The position numbers and the translations under genes were made by a program. A model generated the notes under the pieces. That model made no database searches, was not told the origin of the DNA, and saw nothing but the letters and a program-made list of their open reading frames with translations. A stretch of DNA of 32,000 nt from Bacillus subtilis subsp. subtilis str. 168 (GTDB lineage: Bacteria > Bacillota > Bacilli > Bacillales > Bacillaceae): NCBI RefSeq assembly GCF_000009045.1, contig NC_000964.3:3570001-3602000 (forward strand), in the 5' to 3' direction. Below are positions 1 through 10,052 of the stretch, piece after piece. Position 1 is the first letter of the stretch, and the number at the start of each line of letters is the position of its first letter.

Positions 1-523
1 GCGTTTTGCTGTTTAACTGAAACTCATTTAACAGGTCACATAATGAATCGTTATGCTCCTTATAAAGAGAGAAGATTTCTAAATGATACGAGGAGGTTTC
101 CGGGTTATTGACCGAACCTCCTGCCAAAAATGCTCCTCTCATATAAGAACGCTTGCAGCATCTCTTTTTGACCAGCTCTTTCGAAATACTTCGTTCAAAC
201 ACAAAATTCTCCCCGAGTATTTTTAAATCCTCTAAGATCGCTTTTGCATTTTCTGAAAAACGCACAATATAGACGTTATTCTTTTTCAGCCGCATTTTCT
301 TTCTGACCAGCAGCTCGACCGACACATCATATTGTTTTTTCAGCAATGTATAGATGCGGCGGGCAATCGCCGCGTTTTCGGTTTGAACATCGAGTACGAG
401 ATGGCGGTTTGTAAATGATAAAGCTCCATTCATCCGAATGAGTGCAGACAGCTCGGCATTAATGCAGCAGTCCTTCACTTCCAGATTCGTTAATTCTTTT
501 TTTGTTTCTGATGCAAATGACAT
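1..523 (-). CDS. whiA: Sporulation/cell-division regulator WhiA, N-terminal part (C-terminus runs off the window)
   Basis: Minus-strand frame starting at CAT 521-523 translates as [20 protein letters not shown]...; directly upstream neighbour of yvcK and rapZ, the conserved whiA-yvcK-rapZ order. Confidence 0.9.
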   Translation of the reverse strand, partial: MSFASETKKELTNLEVKDCCINAELSALIRMNGALSFTNRHLVLDVQTENAAIARRIYTLLKKQYDVSVELLVRKKMRLKKNNVYIVRFSENAKAILEDLKILGENFVFERSISKELVKKRCCKRSYMRGAFLAGGSVNNPETSSYHLEIFSLYKEHNDSLCDLLNEFQLNSKT

Positions 524-545
524 ATAGCCACCTCATTTCAAGGCT

Positions 546-1499
546 TCATTCTTTCAGTAAATCAACAAGAAGAGAGGCCACTTTATGTGTATCGTGACGT
601 ATTACGTCATTTTTATACGTTACAATTTGATCTCTGATGACTTCAAGCCCCATCGCTTTCAGCTCTTCGATATCAAAATCAACAGGACGCGCCGATTCCA
701 TTTCGTACTTACGTTTTATTTCGTCGGGAATGTCTTCACTGTTCACTAATATCGTATCAATAAAACCACAGCCCATATGCTGATTGAGCGCTTTCACATG
801 ATCAGCAGCGGTGTAATGGAGCGTTTCGCCGGGCTGAGTCATCACGTTGCAAATGTATACTTTTTTCGCCGGCGCCTTTATCACTTCTTCCCCGATTTTT
901 GGGACGAGCAAATTGGGAAGAATGCTGGTATAGAGGCTTCCCGGGCCGATAATAATCAAATCCGCTTCCCTGATTACGTCTATTGTTTCCGGCAGCGGAT
1001 CAATCTGTTCAGGCGTGAGAAAAACACGCTTAATGCGCTGTCCGTATTCTGGGATCGTTGACTCGCCTGAGACCACGCGGCCATCTTCCATCTCAGCATG
1101 CAAAACGACACTGGCATTGGCAGCCGGCAAAACCTTTCCTCTTACATTCAGCACCTTGCTCATTTCTGTGACAGCGTGAAAAAAATCACCGGTTATATTT
1201 GTCATCGCTGCCAAAATCAAATTCCCGAGAGAATGGCCTGTTAAGTCATTCCCTTTATTGAAGCGGTGCTGAAAAAGATCTTCAACAAGCGGCTCCACAT
1301 CGGATAAAGCGGCAAGCACATTTCTGATGTCTCCGGGAGGCGGAATTTTCAGTTCATTCCGCAGACGGCCAGAGCTCCCCCCATCATCGGCAACTGTTAC
1401 AATGGCCGTGATGTCAACGGGTTTATGCTTTAGGCCCCGAAGCAATACAGAAAGACCTGTACCGCCGCCAAAGATTGCGATTTTCGGCTTTTGTCCCAT
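546..1499 (-). CDS. glmR: Gluconeogenesis factor YvcK/GlmR (CofD-like, UDP-sugar binding), 317 aa
   Basis: Sequence MGQKPKIAIFGGGTGLSVLLRGLK...TVADDGGSSGRLR...GDIRNVLAALS is typical of the YvcK family. The ORF-track start at 1541 would overlap rapZ; the internal Met at 1499 gives the expected length. Confidence 0.95.
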   Translation of the reverse strand: MGQKPKIAIFGGGTGLSVLLRGLKHKPVDITAIVTVADDGGSSGRLRNELKIPPPGDIRNVLAALSDVEPLVEDLFQHRFNKGNDLTGHSLGNLILAAMTNITGDFFHAVTEMSKVLNVRGKVLPAANASVVLHAEMEDGRVVSGESTIPEYGQRIKRVFLTPEQIDPLPETIDVIREADLIIIGPGSLYTSILPNLLVPKIGEEVIKAPAKKVYICNVMTQPGETLHYTAADHVKALNQHMGCGFIDTILVNSEDIPDEIKRKYEMESARPVDFDIEELKAMGLEVIRDQIVTYKNDVIRHDTHKVASLLVDLLKE

Positions 1500-1500
1500 C

Positions 1501-2388
1501 TTATTTCCGGCTTCTCTTTTCAATGTCCCGGTGAGTAACATGAGTATAGTAATCCTTTTTGAAATAATCAGCTAAATTCTCGGCTAATGTCACAGAGCGG
1601 TGCTGGCCCCCTGTGCAGCCGATCGCAATGACAACCTGGCTTTTTCCTTCTCTTTTGTAAGATGGAAGCATAAAGCTCAGCAGATCAATTAATTTCTCAT
1701 TGAACTTTTGCGTTTCATTCCACTTCATGACGTAAGAGGAAACCTCTTTATCCTTGCCAGTCAGCGGCCGCATGCTTTCGATATAGTACGGATTCGGCAA
1801 AAATCTGACATCAAAGACGAGATCTGCATCAATTGGAATACCGTATTTAAAACCAAATGACATCACATTTACGGTAAATGTCTCTCCTTGGTTTGTCGCA
1901 AAGTGCTTCACGATTTTTTCACGCAAATCACGCGGCTTCATGTCAGACGTATCGTAAATGATTTGAGAGCGGCCTTTTAATTCCTCAAGCAGCTCTCGTT
2001 CTAGCGCGATGCCTTCAAGCGGCAGGCCAGTCGCTGCCAGCGGATGCGAGCGTCTCGTTTCTTTATATCTTGTGACGAGAATGGAATCCTTCGCGTCCAG
2101 GAATAAAATTCGCGGTGTGATCCACGGATTTTCGGCCATTTCATCCAGCGCTTCAATCAGCCGGTCAAAAAATTCGCGGCCGCGCAAATCCATCACGAGC
2201 GCAACTTTGCTCATTTTCGAATTTGATTCCTTCATCAGCTCTAAAAACTTCGGAAGCAATGAAGGCGGAAGATTATCGACGCAGAAATAGCCGAGATCTT
2301 CAAAGCTTTGGATCGCGACAGTTTTCCCCGCTCCCGACATTCCAGTTATAATGACAAGCTGAATATCATGTGATTCACTAACACTCAT
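1501..2388 (-). CDS. rapZ: RNase adapter protein / P-loop nucleotide-binding protein RapZ (YvcJ), 295 aa
   Basis: Walker A GMSGAGKT and the RapZ C-terminal signature FGFKYGIP...[10 protein letters not shown]...[11 protein letters not shown]. Confidence 0.96.
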   Translation of the reverse strand: MSVSESHDIQLVIITGMSGAGKTVAIQSFEDLGYFCVDNLPPSLLPKFLELMKESNSKMSKVALVMDLRGREFFDRLIEALDEMAENPWITPRILFLDAKDSILVTRYKETRRSHPLAATGLPLEGIALERELLEELKGRSQIIYDTSDMKPRDLREKIVKHFATNQGETFTVNVMSFGFKYGIPIDADLVFDVRFLPNPYYIESMRPLTGKDKEVSSYVMKWNETQKFNEKLIDLLSFMLPSYKREGKSQVVIAIGCTGGQHRSVTLAENLADYFKKDYYTHVTHRDIEKRSRK

Positions 2389-2412
2389 CTTTCTCCCCCC
2401 TGACTTGTCTTT

Positions 2413-2889
2413 CTATTTGATGTGCTGCGGGTCTAAACGATAACTGAGCAGCTCAAATTCCGGTGTATACGTAAATGTGCCGTGCAGCAGCCCTTGTCCC
2501 TTCATCATAAAATCAAGGATATGGCCGTCTCCAGGGGCCATAGGCAGGTTCTGAATGTCATTGACATCGTGCCACTGCAGTTTGCCTTCCTCTGATTCTG
2601 ATACATTTTGTCCTGTATATGAATCAGCGACAAACGTAAACATCATCCACTCGGAGACAATGTGGTCACCGTCTTTAATAATAAAGGTAAAAACGCCTTT
2701 TAATTGAGGATTTATGATATAGATACCAGTCTCTTCTCTGTACTCTCTGATGACGGAGTCTCTGACTGATTCTCCGCTCTCCATCTTGCCTCCCGGCGCG
2801 ACCCACCATCCGCGTCTCGGCTTTTGAAGCAGAAGAACTTTGTCATCCGTCTGAAGCACACAATTTGTCACTCTTTGCAAGTACGTCAC
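2413..2889 (-). CDS. yvcI: Nudix hydrolase YvcI, 158 aa
   Basis: Nudix box GGKMESGESVRDSVIREYREETGI; position next to rapZ. Confidence 0.92.
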   Translation of the reverse strand: MTYLQRVTNCVLQTDDKVLLLQKPRRGWWVAPGGKMESGESVRDSVIREYREETGIYIINPQLKGVFTFIIKDGDHIVSEWMMFTFVADSYTGQNVSESEEGKLQWHDVNDIQNLPMAPGDGHILDFMMKGQGLLHGTFTYTPEFELLSYRLDPQHIK

Positions 2890-3044
2890 CTAACCTTCGT
2901 CCTGTCATCGTCTCTTTATTATACCGCTTCAAGATGCCTCCCACAATGAAGAGACATTGACAATCTTTTCTTCTATTTTACAGCATATTCATTCCTTAAT
3001 TCAGATGATTTTGCTGTAACTGGAATTCTCTTTTATTTATGGAC

Positions 3045-3085
3045 AAAAAAAGGACACGGATAACTGGAGAATCCGTGCCAAAAAA
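3045..3085 (-). terminator. Rho-independent terminator downstream of trxB
   Basis: Inverted repeat CACGGAT (3055-3061)/ATCCGTG (3071-3077) followed on the minus strand by a TTTTTTT tract. Confidence 0.75.
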
Positions 3086-3206
3086 GTGTATTCATTATAA
3101 AAAGGGGGTCAATTACTTTATTAATCATAACCGAAAAGCATTACACATGTGTTACAGCGGAATTAAAACCCAGTAACGTAATGTGAAACTCGTATGACAG
3201 CCCTTT

Positions 3207-4169
<963 letters not shown>

Positions 4170-4321
4170 TTAAACCATCTTTTCAAGTTTGGGCTCTTTC
4201 TTATAAGATAAGAATCCCCATCAAACGTATTCCTTACCCATATCCTATAAAATCTCATGGTGATACGCTATTTTTTTGCTCAACACGATTAAATGTATTC
4301 GAAAAGGGTATATGTTAATAA

Positions 4322-4350
4322 AGAAAGAGCCTTCTGTTTATAGAAGGCCC
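4322..4350 (-). terminator. Terminator downstream of cwlO
   Basis: GCCTTCT/AGAAGGC stem (4329-4335/4342-4348) with a T-rich tail on the minus strand (CTCTTTCTTT). Confidence 0.8.
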
Positions 4351-4362
4351 TTGTCATATTTA

Positions 4363-5784
4363 TTATTGAACAACACGTCTTACAACACCTTTAAATGCTG
4401 CTTTCCAGTAAGGATTGCTCATAGAGTCAACAGATACGCCATGAGATGTATTGTCGTTTAGGAAAGTACCGTTTCCTAAGTAGATTCCTACGTGTCCATT
4501 TGTTTTGTAAGTGTCAAAGAACACAAGGTCTCCGCGTTTCATTTCAGACGCGCTGACAGCTTGTCCTCTGCCAACTAACGTATCAGTTGTTGTTCCGCCT
4601 ACAGGTCCAAGGTTAACACCTGCAGAAGCGTATGCCCAGCGTACGAATGATGAGCAGTCAAAAATACGGTTGTTGATATCAGACTGAGTGCGTCCGCCGC
4701 CAAACTTGTACGGAGATTGTCCTACAATGCTTGAACCAACGCTGATCGCGCCTTCAATTCCGCCAGAGTTGCTGATAACAGTGCCGCCTGAATTGCTGTT
4801 TGAGCCGCTGCTCTTCTTAGAAGATGAGCCGTTTGACGAACTGTTTGATGAACCGTTAGAAGAATTGTCTGAAGAATTGTCTGAAGAATCATCAGATGAG
4901 CTTGCTTTTGATGATTCAGTTGTCGCCGTTTGACTGTCATCTGTTTGTGTTTCATCAGATGCTTTTTGTGCTTCTTCCTGCTTTTTGATCAAAGCAGCCG
5001 CTGCTTCTTGTTCTTTTTTGATGCGTGCTTGTTCAGCTTCAGTATTTGCTTTTTGATTTGCAAGTTCAGACGCCTCTGATTTTAATTCAGAAATCGCTTT
5101 AGCCGTTTTCTTTTGGCTTGCTTTTGCTTCGTCGAAAAGCTTGTCTTTTTCATTAAGCTGTTTATCAAGGTCTTTTTGCATTGTTTCTAATTTAGCCAAG
5201 GCAGCTTGAACTTCTTTCAGCTTGTCATTCAAATCCGCTTCAGAATCTTCGAGCTTCGCTTTATCCTGCTCTTGCTGTTTGATTAAATCTTTGTCTGCGT
5301 CCACAATAGATGAAACCGCAGTCGCACGAGAGATAAAGTCACCAAAGCTTGTTGATCCTAAAAGAACATCTATGTATCCTTGAGATCCGCCGCTTTCCTG
5401 TAAAGAACGAACGCGTTTTTTCAGGATTTCATTGCGTTTTTCGATGCGTGCTTCAGTTTCTTTAATCTCTTTTTTCAGTTTTTTGATTTCTTCTTTTGTT
5501 TTATCGTTTTCTTCTTTTTTATCTTCAATCTTGTTGCTTGTATCAAGCGCCTTATCGTTAATGTCTTTCAGTTCTTTTTCAATCTTTGATTGATTTTCCT
5601 GAAGCTCGGTTAATTCTTTTTCCTTCGCTTCAATGCTGGAAGCAACCTCAGATTGCTTGCTTTCGATTTTTTGTTTCTTTTCATCTAATGTTTCCGCCGA
5701 TGCAGTTTTACTTGTAAATGGGATCAAAAAACTGCTTGTCCCGATGACGGAAGCCAAACCAAGTGTAATTAAACTCTTTCTCAC
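4363..5784 (-). CDS. cwlO: Secreted D,L-endopeptidase CwlO (YvcE): signal peptide, coiled-coil N-domain, Ser-rich linker, NlpC/P60 domain; 473 aa
   Basis: Signal peptide [30 protein letters not shown]; long heptad-rich region; C-terminal [15 protein letters not shown]...GDLVFFDT...HVGIYLG...DNTSHGV, typical of NlpC/P60. Confidence 0.96.
4766..4920 (-). repeat. Low-complexity Ser/Asn/Asp/Gly-coding linker within cwlO
   Basis: Protein segment [44 protein letters not shown]; near-repeated codon units such as GAAGAATTGTCT on the + strand. Confidence 0.85.
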
Positions 5785-5978
5785 TTTTTATATCCTCCCT
5801 TTTACTGTGAACCTGTCCTCATTTGGAATCGTATTTTGAACATCAAGTTTCGTTCCTCATACTCTACGAGGAATGATGGTTGTTTATGGTTAATTATTCT
5901 GTGCATCTCTTATTCTGGTTGTATAGCGTTTATTTCACATCATATGTAAAAAACACTAATTCCTTATGTACGAGAATC

Positions 5979-5984
5979 ATTATA
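5979..5984 (-). promoter_or_regulatory. Putative -10 box (TATAAT) of the cwlO promoter, giving a leader of roughly 185-190 nt
   Basis: Minus strand GATGGTATAATGATTC. A start near 5972 agrees with the approximately 187-nt cwlO leader I recall from B. subtilis literature. The -35 is weak, as expected for an activated promoter. Confidence 0.65.
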
Positions 5985-6018
5985 CCATCAAGTTTCGACA
6001 AATTAGCGATAAATTTTA

Positions 6019-6035
6019 TTACATTTATGTTTCAA
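6019..6035 (-). promoter_or_regulatory. Candidate WalR binding site upstream of cwlO
   Basis: Minus strand TGAAAC-ATAAA-TGTAAT matches TGT(A/T)A(A/T/C)-N5-TGT(A/T)A(A/T/C) with one mismatch, about 47-63 bp upstream of the predicted start. Confidence 0.6.
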
Positions 6036-6125
6036 ACAGATGTCAAGTCACACATCATTTGTCATTTTTCTTAAGCGTGTAAAAAAACTGTCGATATTAT
6101 TTTCTTAATATAATCTATCTAACAA

Positions 6126-6158
6126 AAAAAGAGTCGATTAAATAAATCAACTCTTTAA
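6126..6158 (-). terminator. Terminator downstream of yvcD
   Basis: Minus strand AAAGAGTTGATT-TATTT-AATCGACTCTTTTTTTG hairpin with one G-U pair and a T tract. Confidence 0.85.
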
Positions 6159-6164
6159 AATTTA

Positions 6165-7619
6165 CTATTCTAGAATATCATCAATATATTTCATATATTT
6201 CGTCAAAGTTGCCGGAGAGATGCCGAATCGGGCCGCTGTGTCTTTTTTCGTGTCTTGCTTGCCATGGGCTTCTTTCCAAATATAACAGATGGCTGCTGCC
6301 CAGCCTTTCTCATTCTTCAACGGAGCAGCTGCACGAATTTGCTGGATGACATGAAAAACCCAGCAGCTCATGACTTCTGTTTTCATCTCTTCTTTTTCAG
6401 CTTGCTCTAATAGTTTGACCGTTTGATAAGCGAAAAGTGCATCCTCTGAAACGTCAGCAGCCGCAGAATCTCCATTCAGAAGCAGCTTTACAAAATGAGT
6501 TTCAAAAGGAGCGGTAATTCTCTTTGAGCGTATCACCGCTTCAAGATGCTCTGTTTCTCCCTTTGTGCTGCTGATATAATAGGCTGCGAGTCGCTGCTCC
6601 ACAGATGAAGGAAGAGCTTCCCTCCGCTCAATCCAAGGCGCCGGGCGGTCTTCGCCGGGATATTGCGACTCGACTTTTCTCCAGATCGTCTCGGCAAAGT
6701 CGGTATGTCCCGTAAAATAAGCAGAGCAGGAAAGCCAGTAAAAGAAGGTGTCGTCACCCTCAAAGCCGGTTTTATATAATGATTTGAGCCATTTATATCC
6801 GATCTCGTAGCGGCCGACAAGCGCCAAAGTAGCACCCAATTTATAACGCTGCTCCAATAGCATCGGATAGACATTGGAGAGCTGATCACTCAATTCCGCC
6901 ACTTTTTCGTCTTCTCTTTCATAATAGTAGAAAACGAGAAGATTGCATAAGGCGTGAAGATTTCCTTCATTATGAGAAAGCACTTCATAAGCGGTTTGCT
7001 TCGCTTTTACAACGTTTCCTGAATAGAAATAGGCAAGCGCGAGATTGTTGTATGCTGACCAAAGCTCCGGATATTCAGTTGTGATTTCCTCAAGCGCCGC
7101 AACCGCTTCAGCAAGCTGGCCGCTTTCCAGCAATGACTTTGCCCGATCCTGTTTCACCAGCAGTTCATCCTGATCATACAACGAATCCTCAATGCCGTCG
7201 TCTCCTAAATCGAGCAAATCAAGCAGACTATCGTTTTCTTCGGCGAATTCACCATCCGGGTCCGCATCAGAATAAGCGGCCGCTTCTTTATAAGCTTCCT
7301 GGAAGAGCCCCAGATGGGCAAAGTTATTCGCTTTAAAGTAATGGCACTCCGGCATTTCGGCCTCCAGATTTGCCATGATATAGTCAAGAAGATCGTTCGA
7401 CTCTTGATACTGGCCCATTTCCGAATAAATGACCGCAAGCTGTGAAAGCATCTCTGAATCCTCCGGCTCCAAATGAACCGCGCGCTGAATCAGTTTGCTT
7501 GCCCGTTTTAGATTGCGCTCTTTATACGCTTTCAAGCCTTTATGAAAAAAATATTGTCCATCTTGAAGCAGCTGGACAATTTGTGCGTGATTTTTATGTT
7601 CAGAAGTGTGTTTTCCCAC
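6165..7619 (-). CDS. yvcD: TPR-repeat protein YvcD, 484 aa, with an HTH-like C-terminal segment
   Basis: Multiple TPR-like units (AVHLEPEDSEMLSQLAVIYSEMGQY; PELWSAYNNLALAYFYSGNVVKA); C-terminus DTAARFGISPATLTKYMKYIDDILE; position between cwlO and bmrA. Confidence 0.85.
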   Translation of the reverse strand: MGKHTSEHKNHAQIVQLLQDGQYFFHKGLKAYKERNLKRASKLIQRAVHLEPEDSEMLSQLAVIYSEMGQYQESNDLLDYIMANLEAEMPECHYFKANNFAHLGLFQEAYKEAAAYSDADPDGEFAEENDSLLDLLDLGDDGIEDSLYDQDELLVKQDRAKSLLESGQLAEAVAALEEITTEYPELWSAYNNLALAYFYSGNVVKAKQTAYEVLSHNEGNLHALCNLLVFYYYEREDEKVAELSDQLSNVYPMLLEQRYKLGATLALVGRYEIGYKWLKSLYKTGFEGDDTFFYWLSCSAYFTGHTDFAETIWRKVESQYPGEDRPAPWIERREALPSSVEQRLAAYYISSTKGETEHLEAVIRSKRITAPFETHFVKLLLNGDSAAADVSEDALFAYQTVKLLEQAEKEEMKTEVMSCWVFHVIQQIRAAAPLKNEKGWAAAICYIWKEAHGKQDTKKDTAARFGISPATLTKYMKYIDDILE

Positions 7620-7692
7620 AACTACCCTCCGTTTTATACAATATTACCGTCAGTAGTATACCATAAATCGTAAGCCCCTCAATAGTTCAAAA

Positions 7693-7722
7693 GGAAGGAT
7701 TGGGAAAATCCCTCCTCTTTTT
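7693..7722. terminator. Hairpin between bmrA and yvcD (possible bmrA terminator; orientation not resolved)
   Basis: GGAAGGATT (7693-7701)/AATCCCTCC (7707-7715) with T-rich flanks: TCTTTTTTATT on + and TTTT on minus. Confidence 0.55.
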
Positions 7723-7744
7723 TATTGGCTGATTCGACCAAAAT

Positions 7745-9514
7745 TTACCCGGCTTTGTTTTCTAAGTCCGCATTCATTTTCAGCTGCTGTTCAGCAAAAT
7801 CCCGGTAAAGGCCATGGGAAGCCATTAACTCATGGTGTGTTCCACGACCGGTAATTTCCCCTTTTTCAACAAACAAAAGCTGGTCCGCATCTACAACGGT
7901 AGATAGGCGGTGAGCGATAACAATCGTTGTGCGGCCCTCCATCAGCACCTCCAGCGCCTGCTGAACTGATTTTTCAGATTGGCTGTCGAGACTTGAGGTA
8001 GCTTCATCGAGCATAAGAATGCTTGGGTTACGGAGAAGCGCTCTCGCAATCGCGATTCTTTGCCTTTGTCCGCCTGACAGCATAATGCCGCGTTCGCCCA
8101 CTTCTGTATCAAACTGATTCGGCAGCTCCTTTATAAAATTGAGCGCATATGCCATCTCCGCGGCTTTTTCGATCTCAGCATCCGTCACATCTCGTTCTAA
8201 CCCGTAGCAAATATTTTCTCTGATTGTCCCGGACATTAACGGGCTTTCCTGTGATACATACCCGATATGCTCCCTCCACGATTCAAGCGAGTAAGTATCG
8301 ACCGGCTCGTCCCCCAGCCGAATGGTCCCTGCAGTCGGAGAATAAAAGCGTTCAAGCAGCTTAAACAGCGTCGTTTTTCCCCCGCCGCTCGGACCGACGA
8401 TCGCTGTCACTTTCCCTGCTTCAATGACGGCGCTGACCTCTTTTAAGATCAGCTGATCAGGCTTATATCCAAAAGACACGCGATCAAGCTGGATAGGCAG
8501 ATGTGCATTTTCAATTTGTTTTCCTGTCACTGTATCTTCCTCTTCCTCTGCCAAAATCTCAATCATTCGTTCTGTTGCACCGATTGATTTTTGCAGCTGT
8601 GTGAAAAACGTTGTAATCTGGCCCATCGGCATAATAATTTGAAACAAATATAAAATAAAAGCCACGAGCGCTCCGGCTGTGAGCTCGCCTGATGAGACCT
8701 GCATGCCGCCATATCCGATCACTGCGACAAGCGCTGCCATTAACACGAGTGAAATAAGCGGGCCGACAAGCGATTGAACCTTGGCTTCACGAACGCCAAG
8801 CTTAAATAATGAGGAAATCCCCATCTTCCCGCGCCCATATTCGACATCCTCCGCATTTGAAGCCTTAACAAGTCTGATTTCCGGGAGAATTTGATTAAGC
8901 AGGCCTGTAAAACGAGCCGTTTCATCTTGCGTTTCCCGTGAAATGGAGAACATTTTCCGTCCAATCGGCACCAAAATAAGAGCGGCCAGCGGAACGACCA
9001 CTAACACAAGCAGTGTCAGCTTCCAGTTCATAATAAACAAGATTGTCAATGATCCAATGACAGAAATGATGCCTGTAATAAATCCGCTGATATGGGTTGT
9101 AATCAATTCTTTGACCACCATCGTATCGTTCGTTACACGGCTGACTGTTTCTCCGGAAGCATTTGTATCGAAATAAGAGACAGGCAGCTTAATTAATTTC
9201 TTCCATAATAACTCCCGCAGCCCGGAAATGATTTTTTGTCCATTATAGTTAAGCGCATAGGTGGCATAAGCGCTTAAACCCGCCTGAACGAAAAACACCA
9301 GCGCGATCAAACCGATTTGCGTGCCTGACAGATTTGACATAGAAAAACCATCGACAAGCTGCTTCGTTAATAATGGAATGAGCAGGCTGACCAGCGTGGT
9401 TACTACACTGAGGGCAAGCGCAAAGGCGAGCTTTCCATAAGAAGGATTGGTCCGTCTTACTAAGGCAAAAAAGGGTTTCAATTTACTTTTAGATTTTTGT
9501 TTCTTGGTTGGCAT
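7745..9514 (-). CDS. bmrA: Multidrug ABC exporter BmrA (YvcC), fused TMD-NBD, 589 aa
   Basis: Walker [10 protein letters not shown], signature LSGGQRQR, Walker [10 protein letters not shown], and an N-terminal exporter TMD. Confidence 0.95.
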
Positions 9515-9638
9515 ATATTTTCCTCCTGTTTCAGCGTTCAGAAAGGTGAAAAGTCATAGCAAAAGGATGATTTTTACTCTTTCTCAATCATATCAATGGA
9601 GAAAGACTTTTTCAGTATATTTTTGCCGTGATCAAAAT

Positions 9639-9676
9639 AAAAATCTCCCACTCATTGTTTGAATAGGAGATTTTTG
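9639..9676 (-). terminator. Terminator downstream of the 9679-12690 operon
   Basis: Minus strand AAAAATCTCC-TATTCAAACAATGAGT-GGAGATTTTTATTTTG. Confidence 0.75.
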
Positions 9677-9678
9677 TG

Positions 9679-10038
9679 TTAGACATCTTTCACTGGCTTC
9701 TTTTTTCTGTAAGTCAATGTTACATCCTGCTGTCGCAGGTCTTCTATTATCATTTTGTACCGATCAACTTTTGCGGTATGTTCTTCTTTTATCATCTGAA
9801 GGGCAGCTTTTCGTTTTTCGCTATTAGACTCAAGCTCTTTTTTTATTTTTTTTACAATCAACCCTTTTTGCCCTTTGATTTCCTCTTTTAATGAAGACTC
9901 AAATTTCTTTGTCAGGCTGAGAAAGTCGTTGATCGGTTGATTGAGGGTGCCCGCTTTCCCCTTCATTTCATCTTGGGTAAGAAACATATAGGTCGTTGAT
10001 ACAATTTCTGTTTCACTTTCTGAAAATAAGGAAGTCAC
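9679..10038 (-). CDS. Small Lys/Glu-rich, predicted helical protein, 119 aa, unknown function; last gene of the yvcA-yvcB-like operon
   Basis: MTSLFSESETEIVSTTYMFLTQDEMKGKAGTLNQPINDFLSLTKKFESSLKEEIKGQ...; begins 14 nt after the upstream stop codon, preceded by an AGGAGG-like sequence (minus strand CTTAGGAGGAATATG). Confidence 0.75.
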   Translation of the reverse strand: MTSLFSESETEIVSTTYMFLTQDEMKGKAGTLNQPINDFLSLTKKFESSLKEEIKGQKGLIVKKIKKELESNSEKRKAALQMIKEEHTAKVDRYKMIIEDLRQQDVTLTYRKKKPVKDV

Positions 10039-10052
10039 TCTTCATATTCCTC

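Noticed and set aside
4276-4461. 61-aa plus-strand ORF between trxB and cwlO
   Set aside because: It runs through the cwlO terminator hairpin and into the cwlO 3' end antisense; not credible as coding.
4688-4955. ORFs 4688..4933 (+) and 4722..4955 (-) inside cwlO
   Set aside because: Both are shadow ORFs from the low-complexity Ser-rich linker of cwlO (for example [18 protein letters not shown]...); no ribosome binding site logic and the main cwlO frame is clearly coding.
5880-6074. 64-aa plus-strand ORF in the cwlO-yvcD intergenic region
   Set aside because: It lies over the cwlO promoter/WalR-like site and leader and shows no supporting RBS; best explained as chance in AT-rich DNA.
9447-9891. 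Plus-strand ORFs 9447..9662 and 9676..9891 around the bmrA upstream region
   Set aside because: Overlap bmrA start, the operon terminator and the small helical ORF in antisense; hydrophobic Phe-rich translation is the usual complement of Lys/Glu-rich coding DNA.
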